This document shows positions 8,640 to 14,789 of a stretch of 20,223 nt of DNA, piece after piece. The stretch's first letter is position 1. Every line of letters starts with the position of its first letter. Where the stretch lies: positions 1 through 20,223 of the forward strand of contig JANLPS010000337.1 in NCBI GenBank assembly GCA_031367385.1, written 5' to 3'. The translations under genes and the position numbers were made by a program. The notes beneath the pieces are model-generated. The model made no database searches and had not been told where the DNA came from. It saw nothing but the letters and a program-made list of their open reading frames with translations. This DNA is from Archangium sp. (GTDB taxonomy: Bacteria; Myxococcota; Myxococcia; Myxococcales; Myxococcaceae).

Positions 8640-9251
8640 CTAGAAGAAGCCCTCGGGCACGAAGACGATGTCACCCGGCAGCAACGCGAAGTTCTTCTCA
8701 CGGCCTTGAATGATGTCTTCGACCTTCACCGGCACTTTGACTTCTTTGCCCTCGACCACGCGCACGATGTTCACGCTGTTCTTCGAGGCGGTCTTGTTGA
8801 AGCCACCGGCCTGGCTCAAGGCCTGAACGATGGTCATGCCGTCGTCGTACGAGAACGCGCCGGGCTTGGCGACGTCTCCGAAAACGAAGATCTTCTTCGA
8901 GTTGAACTCCTTGACCAGCACAACCACCTGCGGCCGGCGCAAGAAACCACCCTTGAGGCAATCGGTGAGCGCGGTTGAGCATTCGCCCGGAGTCAGCCCC
9001 GCGACGCGAACCTTGCCGCACAGGGGAAAATCGATGAAGCCGTCGGGCGAGACGCGAAACGGGCCCGAGAGGTCAGGCTCCTGGTACACGCGCACGTCGA
9101 GAAAGTCTCCCGAAGCCAAGGTGTTGGCGTTGCCACCGCCGTCGGGCACGCCCAGGTCTGAGGGCATTTCGAGAGCGTTGTGCGACGAGGGAAATCTGCA
9201 GCCCGAAACGCACAGCACAAGGGCCAGTGCCGCGATTCGATACGGGCCCAT
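8640..9251 (-). CDS. wza: Polysaccharide export OPX (Wza-family) lipoprotein, short form without C-terminal outer-membrane helix
   Basis: Lipobox VSG-C; Poly_export motif GDFLDVRVYQEPDLSGPFRVSPDGFIDFPLCGKVRVAGLT; one SLBB domain (VFGDVAKPG...ALSQAGGF). Ends at LLPGDIVFVPEGFF with no trailing amphipathic helix. Confidence 0.92.
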   Translation of the reverse strand: MGPYRIAALALVLCVSGCRFPSSHNALEMPSDLGVPDGGGNANTLASGDFLDVRVYQEPDLSGPFRVSPDGFIDFPLCGKVRVAGLTPGECSTALTDCLKGGFLRRPQVVVLVKEFNSKKIFVFGDVAKPGAFSYDDGMTIVQALSQAGGFNKTASKNSVNIVRVVEGKEVKVPVKVEDIIQGREKNFALLPGDIVFVPEGFF

Positions 9252-9252
9252 C

Positions 9253-10533
9253 TCAGTAGTGCAGGGTCAGCCGCAGCAGCGCTTCGTGGCGAATGTAGTT
9301 CACCGTCGAGACAGTGATGCTCGAGGTGCGGTAGCTCAACCCATACCCAGCCGACACATCGAACCACTTGGTGATCGAGAAGGTCGGGCCAACCCGGCCT
9401 CCGATTAAGAAGTCGTTTCGACCGGTCGTTGCGCCAGTGCCCGTGGGGGCTCCGTAGAACGAGAAGTAATCAACGGCGGCGTCGGCGTTGAGGGTGAGGC
9501 GCCCGTCGAGAAAGCCGATCTTCGCGTTGATGTAGCCGCGGTCGTCGGCGAAGACCCCATAGACCGGCGTGGGGAGAACGTTTCGAACGTAACCAATCGA
9601 AATCGTGGTCAAGTCAGTCGGAATGTAAGACACCTGCAGCTGGCCCATCGGCGCGGTCGCATTCGAGGGCCCGAAGTCGTGCACGACACCGGCGGTCAAC
9701 GTCAGCGAAATTCGCGGCGAGATCAACCCGATCAAACCCGCTTGAACATGGAGCACATTCGCGGGCCGATTGATCGAGCCAGGCGTGAAATAGGTGCGGT
9801 AATCGAAGGTCGAGTCGAGCACGAACGCCGTCTTCGGTAGAAATTTGTAACGAGCGTTGAGGCCAAAATTCAGGTTGCTGTAATTCATCTGCCCCAGCGT
9901 TGAGGGGTTGCAGGTGACATCGCCGGCCGCACAGCCAGCGACACTGCCCGTCAGCAGCGGGTCGAAGAATTCAACCGCCCACCCAACCCGCGGAGTCACC
10001 TCGAGCGCTCGGCCTCCTGGGTGAATCGGCGCCTGAACATGCACCTCGTTGAAGAGCGAAAGCACGCCGACGCCGATGACCGGGTTCTGCGTTCGGTCAG
10101 AGCGGTTGAACGTGTCACACAGGTCGAACTCGACGGCCCCATCTTTGTTGAACGCGGTCTCAAGACCAACGTTGGCTTGAAAGCGAGACAGCGCCCGCGA
10201 CGCTGGCGAGAGCAGGCCTGAGTAGAGCAAGTACTCAAGTGCGCCGTTGAAGCCGATGGTGGTCGAGTTGGTCTGCAGGTCGAAGCGCGTACCGCCGCGA
10301 AAATCGAAGATCAGCTCGGGGCTGAGAATCGCGGCACCAGCTGCGTTGCGATTGAAGTACCCAACCGCCGAATCGTACGTCGCGCCGACATCGAGAAAGG
10401 GGTGCAGCCGACCGTCGCCGATCTTCAGACCGAGCGCCCCGTTCTGGTTTTGCGCGAACGCACATGTCGCCAGGAGCACGGTCATCAACCCCGCGAATCG
10501 GCTCACTGTTCGAGATCCCCGCACCTGTCTCAT
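9253..10533 (-). CDS. Outer-membrane beta-barrel protein, probable OPX partner porin (Wzp/EpsX/ExoB-like)
   Basis: Signal peptide (AFA-Q), alternating amphipathic strands rich in G/Y/F/N/T, C-terminal beta-signal LRLTLHY, and located 1 bp upstream of the short OPX gene. Confidence 0.8.
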   Translation of the reverse strand: MRQVRGSRTVSRFAGLMTVLLATCAFAQNQNGALGLKIGDGRLHPFLDVGATYDSAVGYFNRNAAGAAILSPELIFDFRGGTRFDLQTNSTTIGFNGALEYLLYSGLLSPASRALSRFQANVGLETAFNKDGAVEFDLCDTFNRSDRTQNPVIGVGVLSLFNEVHVQAPIHPGGRALEVTPRVGWAVEFFDPLLTGSVAGCAAGDVTCNPSTLGQMNYSNLNFGLNARYKFLPKTAFVLDSTFDYRTYFTPGSINRPANVLHVQAGLIGLISPRISLTLTAGVVHDFGPSNATAPMGQLQVSYIPTDLTTISIGYVRNVLPTPVYGVFADDRGYINAKIGFLDGRLTLNADAAVDYFSFYGAPTGTGATTGRNDFLIGGRVGPTFSITKWFDVSAGYGLSYRTSSITVSTVNYIRHEALLRLTLHY

Positions 10534-10601
10534 CGCTCAGTCGCACCTAGCACAGCGAGCAACGACTCCAAGTAGTTTTCGGCTCACGAAAATGGCTCCG
10601 C

Positions 10602-11159
10602 TTAAGGCGCAGTTGTAGGGCTGGCGGGGACCGGGCGAACGTTGACCAGGGTCAAGCTCGGCGGCAACAACGTCGGATCACCCTTCGGCAGATATTCGGG
10701 CGTCTCGACCTCGACATTGAGGTTCTCGTCGACCCGAAACGCGAGCTGGCCCATGCACTGCTCGGCCTCGGCACGCAGCTGCTGCACCTTCGACCCGGCG
10801 ATGGCGACCTTGGTGTACTCGTGCTCCGAGGTCGCGGTCTCTTTACGGGCGATGGCTTCTTGCAGGTTCACATCGGCGGTCTCTGAAATGCGAAGCAACC
10901 CCTTGATTTGCGTCAGCTTTTCATTGACGCAGGTCAACTTGACCACGTCTTTGGTGCTGCGGGCCTCTTCGAGCTTGCCGAGCACGTCTTTCAGCGCCGA
11001 GCGCATGCGAACCAGGCCCTCACCGCTGTTTTTGAGCTTGTCGGGGTCGGTGACCTTCGACGCGTCGACGTCGGGCGCCGGGGTCTTGGGCTCGGCTGCG
11101 TTTTGAGCGAGCGCCACTCCCGCCGAGAAGGCGACCAGCAGCATGAATCGTCGGTTCAC
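10602..11159 (-). CDS. Secreted alpha-helical hypothetical protein with one Cys pair
   Basis: RBS GAGGGGAG before the GTG start; signal peptide ALA-Q; heptad-like helices; KLTCVNEK and AEQCMGQ; Pro-rich C-terminus. Confidence 0.8.
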   Translation of the reverse strand: MNRRFMLLVAFSAGVALAQNAAEPKTPAPDVDASKVTDPDKLKNSGEGLVRMRSALKDVLGKLEEARSTKDVVKLTCVNEKLTQIKGLLRISETADVNLQEAIARKETATSEHEYTKVAIAGSKVQQLRAEAEQCMGQLAFRVDENLNVEVETPEYLPKGDPTLLPPSLTLVNVRPVPASPTTAP

Positions 11160-11193
11160 TGGGACAGCTCCCCTCAGCTACGCAAAGACCAAA

Positions 11194-11222
11194 AACGTAA
11201 AGGCGGTAACCCTGTAAGTCAA
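11194..11222 (-). promoter_or_regulatory. Putative sigma70/SigA promoter for the unknown-barrel-OPX unit
   Basis: Minus strand TTGACT (11222-11217), 17-bp spacer, TACGTT (11199-11194), within a relatively AT-rich intergenic gap, 35 bp upstream of the GTG start. Confidence 0.6.
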
Positions 11223-11232
11223 TGCAGGTTCC
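11206..11232 (-). promoter_or_regulatory. Putative ECF-sigma promoter GGAACC-N16-GTTAC
   Basis: Minus strand GGAACC (11232-11227), 16-bp spacer, GTTAC (11210-11206). Same -35 element and spacing as the motif at 14114-14140. Confidence 0.35.
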
Positions 11233-11301
11233 GCAACGCGGCAACATATGGCTCTGTTCCCGGCCGCTGCCAAGCAATTCATTCAAAACAACCGCTTGAA
11301 A

Positions 11302-11748
11302 TCAGAGTCGGGCGGCGAGCCGTGTATTCGCTTCACGCAGACGGGCCGACAGCATTCTCGCGATGTTGATGATCACGAAGGTGAAGCCGTCGCGGTGCTG
11401 CTTGCGAAACGAGGTCAGGTTCTCGGCGGTCAGGTGCAGCAACTCACAGTCGCTGCGGGCGCGAATCGTCGCCGATCGGTACTCCTTGTCGATCAGGCTC
11501 ATCTCGCCAAAGAACTGCTGGGCCCCCAACACGGCGATCACCTTTTGCGCCCCGGTGGCGTCTCGGCGCAGCACTTCGACCTCGCCGGTGGCGATGATGT
11601 ACACGCTGTCACCCAGCTCGCCCTCTTCGAAGACGACCTGGGTCGCGTCGAACCGCCGGGGGCGCGACAGGTCGGCGACGTACTCGAGCTCTTGGTTCGA
11701 GAGCATTTCAAAGAGTGGCGACCCAGACAAAACTCCGAGCTTATCCAT
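11302..11748 (-). CDS. Stand-alone cyclic nucleotide-binding (CRP-type cNMP) domain protein
   Basis: LFEML, VFEEGELGDSVYIIATGEVEV, phosphate-binding cassette FFGEMSLID..YRSATIRA, and a C-helix with no HTH. RBS GGGGAG. Confidence 0.92.
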   Translation of the reverse strand: MDKLGVLSGSPLFEMLSNQELEYVADLSRPRRFDATQVVFEEGELGDSVYIIATGEVEVLRRDATGAQKVIAVLGAQQFFGEMSLIDKEYRSATIRARSDCELLHLTAENLTSFRKQHRDGFTFVIINIARMLSARLREANTRLAARL

Positions 11749-11760
11749 CGAACTCTCCCC

Positions 11761-12714
11761 CTACGCCGAGGGCGCGGTTGAACCCTTGCGCCCCGTCAAA
11801 AAGTAATTTTCGAAACGGCGATCGCCCTCTTCGAGCGACGCCGGAGCGACCCGGGCCGGCTCGAGAAACCCGACGCCGCGCTGGCGATCGACCGAATAAA
11901 TCGCCAGGGCTTTGACCTCGACGTTGTACGCCTCGCGATCATCGACCAGGCACACGGCAAAGGCCTGGCGCTGATCTTCGCGGTGCCGAAAGTACAAGAA
12001 GTCAGTGCCCACCGAGGCGCCGAACAAGTCGCGGGCCTTCTTGCGCACGGCGGTCAGCTTCGCGCGCGCGGCCTCGACCGCGGTGGCCGACGCATCGGCC
12101 TCGGCCTTGAGCCCGTGGGCCTTCTTCTTTCGCTCCTCGGCCAGGCCGAACAGCGCTTCAGATTCTTTGCGAACTTTGCGCGCGAGCACCCGCTCTTCGC
12201 AGGTGATGAGATTGATCTCGGTGCTGCTCGTCCACAGCTGCTCGACCTCGCCCCAGAGGCGCTTACGCCGTGCCATCTCACGCTCGTACTCATCGGCGAG
12301 GGCTCGGTAGCGGCGTTCGAGCGGGTCGAGCTCGTTCTTCGGGCGGTTCTGCTCTTTGGCGTCGTCGAGAGCCTTCTCAGCGGCGCCCAAGCGATACCAA
12401 ATCTCCGACACCTTGAAGCGCTGTTCCTCGAACGCCGCCACCCCGGGGAAGCTGCGGTTCTCGAGGGCGGTCGATTCAGCGAGCGAGCGGGCCGCGCCGT
12501 CTTCGTGCTCTCCGGCTCGGTACAGCGTGTCGATCGCGTTCTTTTGCGTGAGCTCGGCGCGAAACTCCATCAGCGTCAGCTGCGCCAACAGCTCATCACG
12601 TTGGGCCTCGGCATCGGCCAGCGCGGTGCGCGCGGCGACGAGGTCTTTCCACCACTCCAGAAACTCTGGAGACGCGACGAGCTCACGAATCTCGGGCAGA
12701 CGTTTTGTTTGCAT
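11761..12714 (-). CDS. Hypothetical cytoplasmic coiled-coil protein with small C-terminal alpha/beta domain
   Basis: 317-aa ORF co-oriented with and tightly packed between neighbours. E/K/R/A-rich helical first ~225 aa, then FLYFRHRED...AFAVCLVDD...IYSVDRQRGV. No family recognised. Confidence 0.75.
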   Translation of the reverse strand: MQTKRLPEIRELVASPEFLEWWKDLVAARTALADAEAQRDELLAQLTLMEFRAELTQKNAIDTLYRAGEHEDGAARSLAESTALENRSFPGVAAFEEQRFKVSEIWYRLGAAEKALDDAKEQNRPKNELDPLERRYRALADEYEREMARRKRLWGEVEQLWTSSTEINLITCEERVLARKVRKESEALFGLAEERKKKAHGLKAEADASATAVEAARAKLTAVRKKARDLFGASVGTDFLYFRHREDQRQAFAVCLVDDREAYNVEVKALAIYSVDRQRGVGFLEPARVAPASLEEGDRRFENYFLTGRKGSTAPSA

Positions 12715-12778
12715 GACCTTGGCTCGGGGCGAACCATGCCACGGCTGCGGTCATGCCGCGAAGACTTCGCTTTGAAAG

Positions 12779-14104
12779 TTACGACGCTGGCGCGAACACG
12801 AACGGGTACGCCACGGTCGCCTCACCATCAGGCTTGAAGGGGAAGACCCAGCCGCGAATGACCGTCTTGATGCAGCTCGGCACCGCGTCGTTGCCCAGGG
12901 TGTTCTCTTCAATCTCGATGTCTGACGCGCGGCCCTGCGGCGTGATGGTGAAGCGCACCACCACTTTGCCCTTGAGGCTCGGGTTTCGCTTTAGCTCTTT
13001 CTCGTAGCAGCCCTGAATCGCGCTCATGCGGGCCCTCAAGTAAGCGGTCAACTTACCGCGATCGATCTCGGCGCTCTCGACCTCGGGCACTGCGTCGGCG
13101 ACCTTGCCGCGCACCTGCGCCGGGCCCTTCTCAGCCAACGCCACGTTGCCACCACCGCTGGTACCGAGGTCGCCGATGCCGGCAGCTTTGCCCGCGCCGC
13201 CGCCCTTGGGGCCACCGGCGGCCAACGAGGCCTCGGTGCCGACCCCGACACCACCGGCGCCATTGAGCGCATCAGCCACGCTGCCGACGCCATTCGAGTT
13301 GCCCAGCACGTCTTCGAACGCGCCCCCGCTGCCTGAGCTGCCGAGAATCTTGAGCAAGCCCTTCGAGGCGACCTTCTGCTGCAGCTCGGCCTTCGCCGAC
13401 GCGTTGCTGGTGGCCGGTTTCTTCTCGACCTCGGCGGTCTTGACCTCTTCTTTTTTCTCTTCGACCTTCTCTTTGGTCTTGGCGACTTCGGCCTTCTTCT
13501 CGGGCTTCTTGATCTCGACCGGCATCATCGCCTTGACGAAGCGGTCAGGCAGCTCGTCGAGCGAGAGCTCGCGGTCTTCGGGCATTGGCTGGCAGGCGAT
13601 GTAGGTCGCGCCGGTGAAGTGCACGAACAGCGAGGCGGCCAGAATCATGAAGAAGAACTGGTCGATTTGGGCGAGAAAATTGCCCTTCACGTTCGCGGGC
13701 AGCTCGACCTTGGGAGGCTCGGGCGGCGGCGTGACGAACTGAAAGAGCAACGACACTTCACCGAGCGAGACGCGGCCCTTCGAGTTGTCGGTCAGGGTCA
13801 GAACGAAGTCAGACCCGCGGGCCTTGGCCAGCCCCTGCTGCTGCAGCTGCTGCAACGAGAGCTCGGCGCCGTTGACGTTGACCTTGCCCTCCATGCCTGC
13901 GCGAAAGATCAAGGTGTACTGCTGCTTGCTGTCGACTTCGAAGAGCTGAAACGACGGCGGCAGGTTCGAGACCGGCACCACGAAGGTGTTGCGCGAGTCT
14001 TGGCCCACAGTGACGCTCATGCGGCGGCGCAGCGTGCGGTCTTCGGTGATCTTGCTGCCTTGAATCAAAGCAACGCGCAGATTCTTCACACCAGCCGTGG
14101 TCAT
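12779..14104 (-). CDS. GltG/PglI(NfsG)-like inner-membrane TonB/TolA-type energy transducer (AgmX/PglI C-terminal domain)
   Basis: Start at ATG 14104 (RBS GAGGA). Cytoplasmic FHA-like beta domain, a single TM helix with S-x3-H (ASLFVH), K/E-rich and Gly-rich linkers, and a TonB_C-like end (IQGCYEKELKRNPSLKGKVVVRFTITPQG...CI...W.FP...VAYPFVF). Confidence 0.85.
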   Translation of the reverse strand: MTTAGVKNLRVALIQGSKITEDRTLRRRMSVTVGQDSRNTFVVPVSNLPPSFQLFEVDSKQQYTLIFRAGMEGKVNVNGAELSLQQLQQQGLAKARGSDFVLTLTDNSKGRVSLGEVSLLFQFVTPPPEPPKVELPANVKGNFLAQIDQFFFMILAASLFVHFTGATYIACQPMPEDRELSLDELPDRFVKAMMPVEIKKPEKKAEVAKTKEKVEEKKEEVKTAEVEKKPATSNASAKAELQQKVASKGLLKILGSSGSGGAFEDVLGNSNGVGSVADALNGAGGVGVGTEASLAAGGPKGGGAGKAAGIGDLGTSGGGNVALAEKGPAQVRGKVADAVPEVESAEIDRGKLTAYLRARMSAIQGCYEKELKRNPSLKGKVVVRFTITPQGRASDIEIEENTLGNDAVPSCIKTVIRGWVFPFKPDGEATVAYPFVFAPAS

Positions 14105-14113
14105 TGTGTCCTC

Positions 14114-14140
14114 TGGACAACCCATTTCACGCGGGGTTCC
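14114..14140 (-). promoter_or_regulatory. Putative ECF-sigma promoter GGAACC-N16-GTCCA upstream of the GltG-like gene
   Basis: Minus strand GGAACC (14140-14135), 16-bp spacer, GTCCA (14118-14114). Matches the general sigmaE-type GGAAC-N16/17-GTC pattern and lies directly downstream of an ECF sigma gene. Confidence 0.45.
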
Positions 14141-14225
14141 ACGCGTGGCATCCCCTCGAAACAACTAAGGAGGGGTGCAGATTTAGCCGCCTTTTGCAGC
14201 GACCTCAAGGATCTGGATTCGTAAA

Positions 14226-14747
14226 TCAGCTGCATGCGGCGGCCGCGGGGTCAATCTCAGCAGAACGGACTTGCATCTCCTTCATCAACCGGGTGCGGCC
14301 GCGGTTGAGCGAGCTCTTCACCGTACCCTCGGGCACCCCGAGCATTCGCGCGATGTCGGGGTACGAATACCCCCGCAAATCTCGCAGGGTGACGACCATC
14401 TTGTGCTGCTCGCTGAGCACCTCCATCGCCTCGAGCAGCAGGTGGTGGCGCTCGCTGCCCAGGGCGGCGGTCTCGGGGTCTTCGGGGTGCGATTCAGGGC
14501 TCTGGAGGCGGTCGCGGCGGCGGCGGGCGCGCAGCGAGTTGATCGACGAGTTGACCATGATGCGGTGCAACCAGGTGCTACAGAGCGACTTGCCGTCGAA
14601 TTGAACGTCTTGGGTCGAGAGCTTGGCGAAGACCTCTTGCACCACGTCTTCAGCCTCGTCGGCGTCTCTCAAGATGCGGCGGGCGATGGCAAGGGCGCGT
14701 CTTCGATGGTCACGGTACAGGTCGGCGATGGGCGGGAGAGCACTCAT
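14226..14747 (-). CDS. ECF (sigma-70 group 4) RNA polymerase sigma factor
   Basis: Region 2: DEAEDVVQEVF...STWLHRIMVN. Region 4: LRDLRGYSYPDIARMLGVPEGTVKSSLNRGR. 173 aa with no C-terminal extension. Confidence 0.93.
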   Translation of the reverse strand: MSALPPIADLYRDHRRRALAIARRILRDADEAEDVVQEVFAKLSTQDVQFDGKSLCSTWLHRIMVNSSINSLRARRRRDRLQSPESHPEDPETAALGSERHHLLLEAMEVLSEQHKMVVTLRDLRGYSYPDIARMLGVPEGTVKSSLNRGRTRLMKEMQVRSAEIDPAAAACS

Positions 14748-14789
14748 GGGGCGCTCTTCAACGGGCCACCCCAGTCGGCGATTTATGGC

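Noticed and set aside
9253..10533. Visibly more AT-rich patches in the barrel gene as a sign of horizontal transfer
   Set aside because: Explicable by Asn/Phe/Tyr/Ile-rich composition; no mobility genes or flanking repeats, and composition was not quantified.
12715..12778. Possible sigma54 promoter CGGCAT-GACCG-CAGC and small GCGAAG/CTTCGC dyad upstream of the coiled-coil gene
   Set aside because: The -12 element lacks the TT of TTGC and the dyad is too short; both could be chance in GC-rich DNA.
14226..14747. ECF sigma activated by direct phosphorylation, given a kinase in the window and no anti-sigma
   Set aside because: It retains the acidic DAED-type motif (DEAED) in region 2.2, which phosphorylation-dependent ECFs replace with Ser/Thr; RIO kinases are not the known partners.
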